Source: Myxococcota bacterium
GTDB taxonomy: Bacteria; Myxococcota_A; SURF-8
Assembly (NCBI GenBank): GCA_965140415.1
Contig: OZ223209.1
Location: 5,792,001 to 5,856,000, forward strand
DNA: 64,000 nucleotides
Reading direction: 5' to 3'
This document shows, piece after piece, positions 36,846 through 46,934 of this stretch. Under the pieces are notes generated by a model. That model worked only from the letters and a program-made list of their open reading frames with translations. It had not been told where the DNA came from and made no database searches. Numbering within the stretch: the stretch's first letter is position 1; each line of letters starts with the position of its first letter. Both the position numbers and the translations under genes were made by a program.

Positions 36846-39050
36846 TTACATCATCGGGTCCATCGACAATGCCGGATGACCAACTTTTTCCATGTGGGCA
36901 TACACTTCTTCTTCGGTCGTTCCGACGGTTTCGTCGGCGATCTTGTCGAGAAGTCCATTGATACCCAACTCACCAGACACCTTAGCAAACCGCTCTGCAA
37001 TTTCCTCTTTGAGCCGTTTGGGCATCCACGCGATGCGCTGGATACCGCCTTCGGCGCTGATGAATTTCTTGCTGGTAATGTAGAGCTTACTGTGACCGAC
37101 GAAGCCCGGCGTAATCGCACCGCCGCCGACCGAACCGGCCAGGGTGGTGAATTTCATGCCGGAAGGCGTCATGCCGCGATAGTCGCGGTCGACGATCATT
37201 ACACCGTTGCAGGTCGGCATGAATGCCGCAATGCATTCGAAGCAACCACAGCTGGTCATGGGCTGATCCATGATGCTGTAGGCGTTGTACTGACCCACGT
37301 TTCCTCGGCTGGCTTTCTGCACGAACTCATTGACACCCGACCATTGGCCCTTCTGTTCGTCGATGGTGTCGCCTTTTTCGATCGGTTGGTTGGGACCGGT
37401 CGGATTGATTTCGTTACTGGCCTTGCAGTCGAGCCAGCTATACGCACCGCACAGACCGGCGCGTTCCGGGGTCACCACGCAAACATGTGTGGGAGCGAAG
37501 GACTGGCACAGGGTGCAGGAGTAGAAGGTGTCGATGGCTTCATCGGTCATACCTTCCACGCGCTCGTCGCGAATCTTGTAAGCGGCGCGGGCCTTGGCCA
37601 CCATTTCGGTCACCTTGGCTTCATCGGTGAAGATGGTAACCTGCACCTTGTCCAGAATGTTGCCGAAGTCCTGGTGGAACTTGGCGTGCAGAATACGTCC
37701 GATATCCGCCAGCGCAAAGCCCTTCTCGATCGCACCCTTGGCGATACGTACCCAGGCGATATCGCGTTGGCCGATGTGCATCGCACCCTGCGCGAAGTTG
37801 ATGAGATGGTGAATCTGACGTTCGAGAATCGGTTCGAAGTCTTCCTGCATGGCGCGACCGGCGACTTCGACGTAAATCGCCAGTGGCGTTTTGCTGCCCT
37901 CTCCCAGTTCCTTCAGATCGGGACCGACGACTTCGACGTTGCCGTCCTGGACTTCGTCCATCTCGCGCATCTGAACCAGCTCGACCGCTTGTGTGCGACC
38001 GCCACCGGCTTCGTAGTAGATGTCCTCGCCGCGTACGCGCTCGCCTTCGAAGGCGGGACCGTAAGAGACCGGGACCGGAACTTTGGTGATGTTGACTTTT
38101 AAGCCGCGAACTTCAATCGCCTTGCCAACAATATCCTCATAAGGAATGTTGCTGACGACGTGCTCGTAAGTGCAAACGCCGGTGGGCAGAATCTCGGGAA
38201 TCGGGGTATCCGCGATAACCGGGAAACCGTAGTTGACGATGCCCAGACCGTTGGCATACCACTCGTCGGTCACGGTACCCATTGTCAACGCAAAAGCGAA
38301 CACGCGGTCTTTGTTGTAAATCAGGATACGGCGGAAGTCGCCAGGCTCGATACCACCGAAACTCATAGCGGCGCGTGTGGCGAAACCGACGGCGAAAACG
38401 GCGGCGCTGGTATCGGGACCGAAGGAAACCAGGCGGGTTCCCCAGCCGACCTGCACACCCGCTTCGACCAGCTGATCGCTGAAGGTTTTGCCTTCATGCG
38501 AACCAGCCATAAAGACATACAGGTTTTTCTCTTGCAATTCCAACGCGATCTTGGCCGCGATCTCCGAGTTGGGAGCCGCACCCAGAATGGCCGCAAAGCC
38601 AGGAGCGGTACCATCGACGAACTCGACACCACGCTTACGGAGGATGATGTCGTTGGCCGCGCCCAACCAGATGTTGTCGGCGGTGACGTCTTCGTCCGTA
38701 AGGTAGAAGTTCGGTTCGTTCAAGTAGCGAACACCCTCGCTCAGTTCCTCGGCGAAGAGGGTCGCCATACCGGCGTCCAGGGCCGGGCCGAGATAGGGCA
38801 GATGATATTTTTCATGAACCATGGGCGGAAGCAGCGACTTGCAGCGGTCCAGGACCGGCTTCATGTCTTCCAGCTTCTCCACCTTATGGCCAAGAATTCC
38901 GTAAATGATCGGTAGATAATAACCGGTGTTGGTAAAATTCACCTCGGCGTTGCCGCCGTGGGTGTCCATGGCCTCTTTCCATTGTTGTTCGGCCCTGGCG
39001 ACGATTTTATGCGCACCGCGAATACCGGCGGAAGCGATAATTTTTGACAT
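36846..39050 (-). CDS. acsB: Acetyl-CoA synthase (A-cluster subunit)
   Basis: NTGYYLP, FYSCTLCQSFAPTHVC, GLCGAYSWLD, PMTSCGCFEC. Confidence 0.96.
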   Translation of the reverse strand: MSKIIASAGIRGAHKIVARAEQQWKEAMDTHGGNAEVNFTNTGYYLPIIYGILGHKVEKLEDMKPVLDRCKSLLPPMVHEKYHLPYLGPALDAGMATLFAEELSEGVRYLNEPNFYLTDEDVTADNIWLGAANDIILRKRGVEFVDGTAPGFAAILGAAPNSEIAAKIALELQEKNLYVFMAGSHEGKTFSDQLVEAGVQVGWGTRLVSFGPDTSAAVFAVGFATRAAMSFGGIEPGDFRRILIYNKDRVFAFALTMGTVTDEWYANGLGIVNYGFPVIADTPIPEILPTGVCTYEHVVSNIPYEDIVGKAIEVRGLKVNITKVPVPVSYGPAFEGERVRGEDIYYEAGGGRTQAVELVQMREMDEVQDGNVEVVGPDLKELGEGSKTPLAIYVEVAGRAMQEDFEPILERQIHHLINFAQGAMHIGQRDIAWVRIAKGAIEKGFALADIGRILHAKFHQDFGNILDKVQVTIFTDEAKVTEMVAKARAAYKIRDERVEGMTDEAIDTFYSCTLCQSFAPTHVCVVTPERAGLCGAYSWLDCKASNEINPTGPNQPIEKGDTIDEQKGQWSGVNEFVQKASRGNVGQYNAYSIMDQPMTSCGCFECIAAFMPTCNGVMIVDRDYRGMTPSGMKFTTLAGSVGGGAITPGFVGHSKLYITSKKFISAEGGIQRIAWMPKRLKEEIAERFAKVSGELGINGLLDKIADETVGTTEEEVYAHMEKVGHPALSMDPMM

Positions 39051-39068
39051 GTGTTGTTCTCCTTTCCC

Positions 39069-41246
39069 TTAATCCAAGGCCTGGCGGTCGGCCATATCGG
39101 CCAGCTTGCGTTCGCGCTTCTTGTCGATGCCGAGCGCTTTACGCTTCTTGTCGATATGGGCGATCATCTTGTGAGCCGCCGAGATGGGGTCTTCGTCGTA
39201 GTCCCACATTCCACCAGTGATACTCTCGTACTTGTTGAAGAGCAGATCGGTGAACTCGGGAGAACCCAACGTCGGGAAGGTGGTGGAGAACATGGTATAG
39301 ACACCACTGGCCACGAAGTAATGGCCGATGGAGATGGCTTTTTCGCTCATCCACTCGGGGGCCGCACCGGCTGCGGGAAGATCGCTGATGTCGTCGCCCA
39401 GTCCACCTTCTTTGACGACTGTGGAAGCCGCGATCAGAATGCGGGAGTTGTCCACGCAAGAACCCATGTGCAGGACCGGCGGAATACCGACCGTCTCGCA
39501 GACTTCGGCCAGACCCGGACCGGCGTGCTGTGCCGCCGCTTCGGGAACCAGCAGACCTTCTTTGGCCAGCGCCACCGCGCCGCAACCGGTCATCAGGACG
39601 ATAACATCGTTCTTGACCAGTTCCTTGACCATTTGAATGTGCCAGCTATCGTGCGGCGTCTTCGGATTGGTGCAACCGACCACACCGGCGATACCGCGAA
39701 TCTTTCCGTTGATGATGTTGTCGTTCAACGGACGGTAGGAGGCGCGGAAGAGGCCACCCAGCAGGTAGTTGATGGTTTCATGCGAGAAACCGGCCACCAG
39801 CTTGTGGGTTTCTTCCGGAATATGCACCACCTCAGGGCGATTCTCGAAATTATCGATGGCTTGCTTGACCACTTCGCGCGCCGTGTTGATGGCATCGTGC
39901 TCGTGGAATTCGATATGCTCCGCTCCCGGCATCTTGGCGCGCGGGCTGGTGGTAATGATCTTGGTATGGTAGTGCCCGGCCACCGAAGGCAGCGCACACA
40001 TAATGCACTGAACATCGACGACCATTGCTTCGACTGCGCCGGTCACGATGGCCAGTTCCTGTTGCAGGAAGTCACCCGCAACGTTTACACCATGGCGCAT
40101 CAGAATTTCATTGGCCGTGCAGCAAATGCCGCCCAGGTTAATGCCCTTGGCGCCCTTGCTCTCCGCATATTTCAGCAGTTCCGGATCTTGCGACGCCGCA
40201 ACGATCTGCTCTGAAAGCAGTGGCTCATGACCATGGATGATAATGTTGACCTGGTCTTTCTTCAGAATTCCCAGATTGGCTTCGCCCATAATCGGGACCG
40301 GTGTGCCGAACATAATGTCCTGCAACTCCGTACCGATCATCGAGCCACCCCAACCGTCACCGATGGCGGCTCGGGAACCCTGGATCATCAGGTTTTCCAT
40401 TTCCTGATCCACACCCATGTGGGTACGGTGCATAATTTCCACGATTTCGCGATCGATACCGCGTGGTGCCATACCCAGATCGCGCCACAATTGCTGGCGC
40501 TTCAAGGGAGCTTTGCGCAGGAATTTGAGTTCACCCTCTTGTTGTCCGAATTCGGCAAGAGCCGTTTCACCAACTTCAATCGCAATCTCTTCTTTGGAGC
40601 GTCCTTCGATTTCGATATCGAAATCCAACGCGACCTGGAGAAGTTTCTGCTCATCTTTGATCTCATAACCGGGGGCTTCACCCTTGGCAGCCAGGATAAG
40701 GGTTTCTGCTACGGCACGACCATGGTCCGAGTGTGCTGCTGCACCGCCCGCAATCATGCGCACGAAGTTACGTGCAGCGATGGTACTTGCGGTGGCGCCG
40801 CAAACACCCACGCTCTCCGGCTCACCCGGCTTGGTCTTCTTGATGCGGCAGGGGCCCATGACGCAGATCTTGCAGCAGGTGCCGTCGATACCCCAGTTGC
40901 ATTGCGGCTGTTGTGCGGCCAGACGATCCCAGACAAGCTGTACGCCGTCATCTTCGGCCACCTGAATGGTCTTCAATGCGGTGGGGTCCACACTCTTGGG
41001 TTGGTCGCCAACCTTTTTAGCCTTGGCTCTGGTCGGCGTATCGAACTGCTTGGCGGCAACAGGAGCGGCAGCAGCAGCCTTGGGAGCAGGTTTTGCGGCG
41101 ACAGCCGGAGCGGCTCCACCCACCTGCGCACGCAACTGCGCTAGCGTTTGTTGCTGTTCGCTAATCAATTTTTTCAGCTCGGCAAGTTCCGATCCCTTAC
41201 CTGCCGATTTTCCTTTATCTGAACCGACGATAATTTCGACTTTCAT
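39069..41246 (-). CDS. cooS: Anaerobic Ni-CO dehydrogenase catalytic subunit with an N-terminal extension
   Basis: CCKICVMGPC, GVCGAT, AAHSDH, HGHEP, GICCTANE, DVQC, VGC, GCG, GSCVDN, SEKA. Confidence 0.96.
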   Translation of the reverse strand: MKVEIIVGSDKGKSAGKGSELAELKKLISEQQQTLAQLRAQVGGAAPAVAAKPAPKAAAAAPVAAKQFDTPTRAKAKKVGDQPKSVDPTALKTIQVAEDDGVQLVWDRLAAQQPQCNWGIDGTCCKICVMGPCRIKKTKPGEPESVGVCGATASTIAARNFVRMIAGGAAAHSDHGRAVAETLILAAKGEAPGYEIKDEQKLLQVALDFDIEIEGRSKEEIAIEVGETALAEFGQQEGELKFLRKAPLKRQQLWRDLGMAPRGIDREIVEIMHRTHMGVDQEMENLMIQGSRAAIGDGWGGSMIGTELQDIMFGTPVPIMGEANLGILKKDQVNIIIHGHEPLLSEQIVAASQDPELLKYAESKGAKGINLGGICCTANEILMRHGVNVAGDFLQQELAIVTGAVEAMVVDVQCIMCALPSVAGHYHTKIITTSPRAKMPGAEHIEFHEHDAINTAREVVKQAIDNFENRPEVVHIPEETHKLVAGFSHETINYLLGGLFRASYRPLNDNIINGKIRGIAGVVGCTNPKTPHDSWHIQMVKELVKNDVIVLMTGCGAVALAKEGLLVPEAAAQHAGPGLAEVCETVGIPPVLHMGSCVDNSRILIAASTVVKEGGLGDDISDLPAAGAAPEWMSEKAISIGHYFVASGVYTMFSTTFPTLGSPEFTDLLFNKYESITGGMWDYDEDPISAAHKMIAHIDKKRKALGIDKKRERKLADMADRQALD

Positions 41247-42772
41247 GATTGTCTCCTTTGAATGAGGTCTCGCAGCATGTTGATTTCTTCTTGTTGTGTT
41301 TTTATCAGCTCGCGAAGGGCGGCCAGTTCGGATTCCGAGGCCGTCTCTTCCTCATCGGCCCCAAGCGTGATGACGATTCGCACGGGACCGGACTCTCCGT
41401 CCGTATTGATGGTTTTGGAAACTGCAACAGGTTCGCTGGCAACTTCCACTGCCGGCACTTCCACTTTGGCAACAGGAGCCGGTGTAGGTGCAGGCGCTGG
41501 TGCAGCAGCAGCGGCAGCAGCAGCTTTTGCTTCCGCATCCGCCTTGGCCTTGGCTTCTGCATCCGCTTTGGCTTTTGCATCGGCAGCGGCTTTGGCCTTG
41601 GCTTCTGCATCCGCTTTGGCTTTTGCATCGGCAGCGGCTTTGGCCTTGGCAGCAGCATCGGCTTTTGCTTTCGCTTCGGCAGCGGCTTTGGCCTTGGCAT
41701 CCGCTTCCGCCTTGGCTTTCGCTTCCGCCGCAGCTTTTGCTTTGCCGTCGTCTGCCGGTTTGGCGGCTTTCTTCGGCTTGTCTTTCTTGACCTTGGCCTT
41801 CTTCGGCTTCGCCTCGACCTTCGGCGCACGCTCTTCGAGCAGATCCGCCATCAACTGGCGCACCAGTTCAACGGTCTTGGGATGCCGCAGCACCAGCACG
41901 TCGCCTCCAGCCACCAGGCAAGATGCGGCGGTGATGGTTTCCATCAATACACCACGCTTGGAAGTATCGCCCAGTTCAGGCATTTCCTTGCTGGAGATTT
42001 TTGCTTCTTTCGTTTTCCAGACTTCACGTCCGAGATTGCAGTACAGCGGGTATTGCAGTTTCTCATCTTCCTGCACCAGAGCCGCCAAACGAGCGCGCTC
42101 CATAACCGAATAGCTGTACTCCATACCGTAACCCAAACCTCCGACGGTCGGGTCCACGATGATATTGGTATCCGGGACACCCAGGTTGCCCAGCAGAATG
42201 TTCAACTGCTTGGCAAGGTTGATGTCGATCGGCGAAGACGCGACCGCGATATGGCCGTAGGCCAGCGTGCCTGCGCCCAATTGCTTGTAATCGTCTTCTT
42301 CTACCGGACCAACCAACAGCTTGGTATCTGTAACCGCTTCGCATACAGCGCGCAGTACCTCGATGTCCTTGGCGTGACTGGCGGTACCCCAGACGCAGAC
42401 GGGAACGTCTACGGCTTCGAGTACGCTCTTGACTACTTTCACAGCATGATCCGCGCCCAGATCCTTCCCGTTGGGATCGGTGCCGATCAACTCGAGATGA
42501 ATCATGTCCGCGCCGTATTTGTCTTGAGCCATTTTGGCCCACTTGGCAGGATCCTTAAGCGCGTCGCCCCAGACGGCTACCAGTTCGGATGCCAGATCTT
42601 CCGGTTCGATGTCGTTAACCGCAATGGCGATTTTCGGAGTGTTGGGCATTTCGCCTTCGAAAGTATAGAACGGCATGGTGCTTTCACCGCCGATCACGAA
42701 ACCGCGCTCTCCCGGGATCTGGATTTGCTTGATTTTACCAGGATACTTTACTTGGGGGATATCTACGGCCAT
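41243..42772 (-). CDS. acsD: Corrinoid Fe-S protein small subunit with a long C-terminal Lys/Ala extension
   Basis: GGESTMPFY.FEG, SPIDINLAKQLN, DPTVGGLGYGMEY, LRHP; about 190 extra C-terminal residues. Confidence 0.93.
   Translation of the reverse strand: MAVDIPQVKYPGKIKQIQIPGERGFVIGGESTMPFYTFEGEMPNTPKIAIAVNDIEPEDLASELVAVWGDALKDPAKWAKMAQDKYGADMIHLELIGTDPNGKDLGADHAVKVVKSVLEAVDVPVCVWGTASHAKDIEVLRAVCEAVTDTKLLVGPVEEDDYKQLGAGTLAYGHIAVASSPIDINLAKQLNILLGNLGVPDTNIIVDPTVGGLGYGMEYSYSVMERARLAALVQEDEKLQYPLYCNLGREVWKTKEAKISSKEMPELGDTSKRGVLMETITAASCLVAGGDVLVLRHPKTVELVRQLMADLLEERAPKVEAKPKKAKVKKDKPKKAAKPADDGKAKAAAEAKAKAEADAKAKAAAEAKAKADAAAKAKAAADAKAKADAEAKAKAAADAKAKADAEAKAKADAEAKAAAAAAAAPAPAPTPAPVAKVEVPAVEVASEPVAVSKTINTDGESGPVRIVITLGADEEETASESELAALRELIKTQQEEINMLRDLIQRRQS
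41505..41745 (-). repeat. Degenerate 24/48-bp coding repeats (KAKAAAEA/KAKADAEA)
   Basis: Repeated GCTTTGGCCTTGGCTTCTGCATCC-like units within acsD. Confidence 0.85.
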
Positions 42773-42829
42773 TCCTCTCTCCTTTTAACGAGTGAACAAA
42801 TTCCGAATCCTCTGTCTCGGCAGAGAAGA

Positions 42830-43042
42830 TCAGGCCGGTGTTTTGCGCTTCTCGCTTCCGAATCCCTCCTCTACATAATAGTATCGGAGACCGGTCTTGA
42901 TGTACTTGAGCATCTCTTCGCGATCACGAGTCTTGGCGCGCCAACGATCGGCATCCTCCGGAATGCCTTCTTCGTAGGTGGCGTCTAAGACTTCCACCTC
43001 CTCGCCATCGAACTTCTTTTTCTTCACCTTGGTTTCCGTCAT
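42830..43042 (-). CDS. Small hypothetical protein leading the acs operon
   Basis: 70 aa, AGAGGAG RBS, codirectional with acsD and 57 nt upstream of it. Confidence 0.75.
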   Translation of the reverse strand: MTETKVKKKKFDGEEVEVLDATYEEGIPEDADRWRAKTRDREEMLKYIKTGLRYYYVEEGFGSEKRKTPA

Positions 43043-43585
43043 TGCAATCTCTCCTCTTTCGGTTGGGTGTCAAATGGTTGTTGAATTCTCAGTCCGTGCT
43101 CGAATAACAAAATGAAAAAAAATCTTGACCTATACGCACTCTTGGAGTAAATGAGCGAACCTCTACGCTAAGCTCATTGCCTCCTCATATTTGATAACCC
43201 TAGAACCTTCATCCGTCATAACGTGCTCGCGAAATATACTTTTGCCACAAATATCGGGAACTTGAGTACTGACTTCCGCAAAAAGATGTTCGGGGTTTTT
43301 CCACTTATTATAACTCAAAACCAAGTGTACCAATAAGTTGTTATCATACGTCCAGCAATCAGGCAAGGCTTTTTGTCGGTGATCCGTATTAATATTTTCC
43401 CATAAAACATTAATAAATGCCTCTTTTCCCTTTCCCCATAAACCGGGTCGAGTCTCTCGTCTGATCGATCTGGTAAGGTACTTCCCTTTTCATTGCCAAT
43501 GAACTTATGCACTCCATGACCCCGCATCGCCAACTTCTTCGACGTGCTGCGACTTGATCTTAGGCTCCGCTGCTAGCTGGGGCAT

Positions 43586-43676
43586 TTGACAAAACCATGC
43601 TGCACAGCAGAATATTCCACCTAATTTTGCGGATTTCACGAATTCGCTTGACGCTTACCTGTCCTTGACGCAAAAT
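43586..43676 (+). promoter_or_regulatory. Candidate sigma70 promoters for fhs
   Basis: TTGACA-N16-CAGAAT (43586) and TTGACG-N17-CAAAAT (43648). Confidence 0.4.
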
Positions 43677-43907
43677 AGTCCAGTCGCAAGAAAGGATCGA
43701 AAACACGCCGGTTTCAACAGGAATGGGAACGAACCGTAAACCGCCTGCCGTTTGAAGATCCGACCCTGCGCACACAGCACCCGTTCGTTGTAGAGCAAGC
43801 ACGCTGTCTCCGATAAGGATACAGCTTCACAGTTTCTGGAGAGACGTACCCAACGTTTTTTTCTTCACGGCTCCCAATATGAGCCACAACCCAGAAGGAG
43901 TGATTGC

Positions 43908-45683
43908 ATGACTCTCGACCCCACGAAACACGCAGATTGGGAAATTGCCGAAGAAGCCGAATCGCGGATGAAAACCGTGTACGAGCTCGGTGAAAAACTC
44001 GGACTGACCAAAGAAGAACTGCTGCCACACGGCCATTATGTGGCCAAAGTGGATTTCCGGCAGGTTCTCGACCGGCTCAAAGATCGCCCAAACGCCAAGT
44101 ACATCGATGTGACGGCCATTACCCCCACCCCGCTGGGAGAAGGCAAATCCACCAGTTCGATGGGTCTGGTACAAGGTCTGGGCAAACGTAACAAGAACGT
44201 AACCGCAGCCATCAGGCAGCCCTCCGGCGGCCCCACCATGAACATCAAAGGTTCGGCGGCGGGCGGTGGACGTTCCCAGTGCATCCCGCTAACCCCCTTC
44301 TCTTTGGGTCTGACGGGCGACATCAACGCCATCATGAACGCCCACAACCTGGCCATGGTTGCATTGACTTCGCGCCTGCAACACGAGCGCAACTATAACG
44401 ACGAGCAACTTCTCCGCCTGAGCAAGATGCCACGCCTGGACATCGACCCCACCAAGGTCGAAATGGGTTGGATCATCGATTTCTGTGCGCAGTCGCTGCG
44501 CAATATCATTATCGGCATCAACGATGTCGGCGGCAAGTTCGACGGCTTCATGATGAAATCCAAGTTCGGCATTGCCGTTTCTTCGGAAGTCATGGCGATT
44601 CTGGCCGTCAGCACCAGCTTGAAAGACATGCGCGAGCGCATGGGTAAGATCGTGGTCGGCTACAGCAAATCCGGCAAACCCATCACCACCGAGGATCTGG
44701 AAGTCGCCGGTGCGATGACCGCCTGGATGGTTGAAGCCTTGAACCCGAACCTGATGCAGACCTTGGAAGGTCAACCGGTCTTCGTACACGCCGGTCCTTT
44801 TGCCAATATCGCCATCGGTCAAAGCTCCATCATCGCCGATCAAGTCGGCTTGAAGCTGGGCGACTACCACGTCACCGAATCCGGCTTCGGCGCGGACATC
44901 GGATTCGAGAAATTCTGGAATTTGAAATGCCGCTTCAGCGGATTGAAACCCAATGCAGCGGTCGTCGTTGCGACCATTCGCGCCTTGAAATGCCATGGCG
45001 GCGCGCCGATTCCCGTTCCGGGTAAACCGATGCCCGATGAATACAGCGGCGAGAATGTCGAATGGGTCGAGAAGGGTTGTAAGAATCTGGTACACCACAT
45101 CGCGACGGTCAAAAGAGCCGGTATCAACCCGGTCGTCTGTATCAACGCCTTCTACACCGACACCGACAATGAAATCAAAAAGGTGCGTGAGATGGCCGAA
45201 GCCGCCGGTGCTCGCGTGGCTTTGTCACGTCACTGGGAACATGGCGGCGAGGGTGCGCTGGAATTCGCCGACGCCGTGGTGGATGCCTGTGAAGAACCCA
45301 ACGATTTCAAACTGCTGTACGAACTGGACCTGCCTATCCGCGACCGCATCGACAAAATCGCGACGACGGTCTACGGTGCGGACGGTGTGGAATACTCCGC
45401 CGAAGCCAAGGGCAAGCTGGATCGCATGGAAGCCGACCCGGAAATCTCCAAACTCGGACTGTGCATGGTCAAGACACACCTGTCGCTCTCCGACAATCCC
45501 GCCTTGAAGGGCGTACCAAAAGGCTGGAAACTCTTCGTGCGCGATGTGCTGACCTACGGTGGCGCGGGCTTCGTGGTTCCGGTGGCCGGAGCGATCAGCC
45601 TGATGCCGGGCACAGGCAGCAACCCGGCCTATCGCCGCGTCGATGTGGATGTCGAGTCCGGCAAAGTCAAAGGACTTTTCTAG
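43908..45683 (+). CDS. fhs: Formate--tetrahydrofolate ligase
   Basis: [56 protein letters not shown]. Confidence 0.97.
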   Translation: MTLDPTKHADWEIAEEAESRMKTVYELGEKLGLTKEELLPHGHYVAKVDFRQVLDRLKDRPNAKYIDVTAITPTPLGEGKSTSSMGLVQGLGKRNKNVTAAIRQPSGGPTMNIKGSAAGGGRSQCIPLTPFSLGLTGDINAIMNAHNLAMVALTSRLQHERNYNDEQLLRLSKMPRLDIDPTKVEMGWIIDFCAQSLRNIIIGINDVGGKFDGFMMKSKFGIAVSSEVMAILAVSTSLKDMRERMGKIVVGYSKSGKPITTEDLEVAGAMTAWMVEALNPNLMQTLEGQPVFVHAGPFANIAIGQSSIIADQVGLKLGDYHVTESGFGADIGFEKFWNLKCRFSGLKPNAAVVVATIRALKCHGGAPIPVPGKPMPDEYSGENVEWVEKGCKNLVHHIATVKRAGINPVVCINAFYTDTDNEIKKVREMAEAAGARVALSRHWEHGGEGALEFADAVVDACEEPNDFKLLYELDLPIRDRIDKIATTVYGADGVEYSAEAKGKLDRMEADPEISKLGLCMVKTHLSLSDNPALKGVPKGWKLFVRDVLTYGGAGFVVPVAGAISLMPGTGSNPAYRRVDVDVESGKVKGLF

Positions 45684-45714
45684 GCTAGGCGCTGGCAACG
45701 GGGCTTGAATTCTC

Positions 45715-45748
45715 ACCGAAGCCGGGCATTCCCGGCTTCGGTCTTTTT
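45715..45748 (+). terminator. Terminator-like hairpin between fhs and folD
   Basis: ACCGAAGCCGGG-CATT-CCCGGCTTCGGT followed by CTTTTT. Confidence 0.75.
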
Positions 45749-45778
45749 GAGAACGATCCAATACAAGGAGGGGCCGAC

Positions 45779-46672
45779 ATGACGGCAGAACTCATTAGCG
45801 GAACTGCGATACGCAAAACGATTTTGGCGGAACTGAAAGAAGAAGTGGAAAAAATGAAGGCCGAGCACGATGTCGTGCCGGGTCTGGTCACGATTCTGGT
45901 CGGAGAGAATCCGGCTTCCATCAGCTATGTCACGTTGAAAATCAAAACCGCACACGAACTGGGCTTTCACGAAGTTCAGGATAATCAACCGCCGGATATT
46001 TCCGAAGAGGATCTGCTGGCGCTGATTCAGAAATACAATGACGATCCCAAGATTCATGGCATCTTGGTGCAGTTGCCGCTGCCCAAGCACATCGACGAGA
46101 AAAAAGTGCTCAATGCCATCGACCCGGACAAAGATGTGGATGGCTTCCATCCGGTCAACGTTGGCCGCTTGATGATCGGTGGTGACGAAGTCCGCTTCCC
46201 GCCCTGCACTCCGGCGGGTTGTCAGGAAATGATCGTGCGCAGCGGCACGGAAACCAGCGGTGCGGAAGTCGTTGTGGTCGGTCGCAGCAACATCGTGGGT
46301 AAACCCATCGCCATGATGATGGCCCAAAAGGGACCGGGCGCCAACAGCACTGTAACCATCGTGCATACACGCACCAAGGATCTGGCCGCGCATTGCAAAC
46401 GCGCGGATATTCTGATCGTGGCGGCTGGTGTTCCGGGATTGGTGAAGCCGGAATGGATCAAACCGGGTGCAACTGTCATTGATGTCGGCGTGAACCGCAT
46501 TGGCGTGAACGAAGAAACCGGCAAGGCGATTTTACGTGGCGATGTCGATTTCGAGGCGGCCAAGGAAATCGCGGGTAAAATCACCCCGGTTCCCGGCGGC
46601 GTCGGCCCGATGACCATCACCATGTTGATGAAAAACACCGTGAAAAGCGCCTGGCTGCATCTCAAGAACTAA
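45779..46672 (+). CDS. folD: Bifunctional methylene-THF dehydrogenase/cyclohydrolase
   Basis: YVTLK, GILVQLPLP, KDVDGFHP, PCTP, GRSNIVGKP, ITPVPGGVGPMT. Confidence 0.97.
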   Translation: MTAELISGTAIRKTILAELKEEVEKMKAEHDVVPGLVTILVGENPASISYVTLKIKTAHELGFHEVQDNQPPDISEEDLLALIQKYNDDPKIHGILVQLPLPKHIDEKKVLNAIDPDKDVDGFHPVNVGRLMIGGDEVRFPPCTPAGCQEMIVRSGTETSGAEVVVVGRSNIVGKPIAMMMAQKGPGANSTVTIVHTRTKDLAAHCKRADILIVAAGVPGLVKPEWIKPGATVIDVGVNRIGVNEETGKAILRGDVDFEAAKEIAGKITPVPGGVGPMTITMLMKNTVKSAWLHLKN

Positions 46673-46695
46673 ACGTTCAATACATCGGTTGTTTC

Positions 46696-46722
46696 AAGCA
46701 GGGCTGCGGCCCTGCTTTTTTT
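46696..46722 (+). terminator. Rho-independent terminator after folD
   Basis: AAGCAGGGC-TGCG-GCCCTGCTT followed by a T-run. Confidence 0.85.
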
Positions 46723-46770
46723 ATGCTCAATTTTCAAAGCCGTGGAATACGGCTGTCCAACTAGAGTAGG

Positions 46771-46934
46771 TATTACTCAATTCTGTCCATCGAGTAATCA
46801 CGATGTGACATGGTCTCACGGAATGGAAATTCCGGGAGGCCGTGTGTAACTTATTGAAGACACACAGCCTTCCACGATCTTCGATCGCGTAAGACTATGG
46901 CACACATTCATGGAATCAGTGGCTAAAATTGATT
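46771..46934. ncRNA. Candidate structured RNA/ssDNA element, copy 2
   Basis: Homolog of 5177-5339; additionally enclosed by an outer stem CTAGAGT-A-GGT / ACC-GCTCTAG (46761-46948). Confidence 0.55.

Noticed and set aside
41249-42988. 579-aa and 283-aa + strand ORFs with GFGLG or ALA repeats
   Set aside because: Reverse-strand readings of the acsD Ala/Lys repeats.
43163-43802. Short ORFs in the acs/fhs divergent region
   Set aside because: No RBS or motifs; AT-rich promoter region.
43690-43907. THF or ZTP riboswitch upstream of fhs
   Set aside because: Small hairpins are present, but I could not find the conserved consensus elements; an Rfam scan would settle it.
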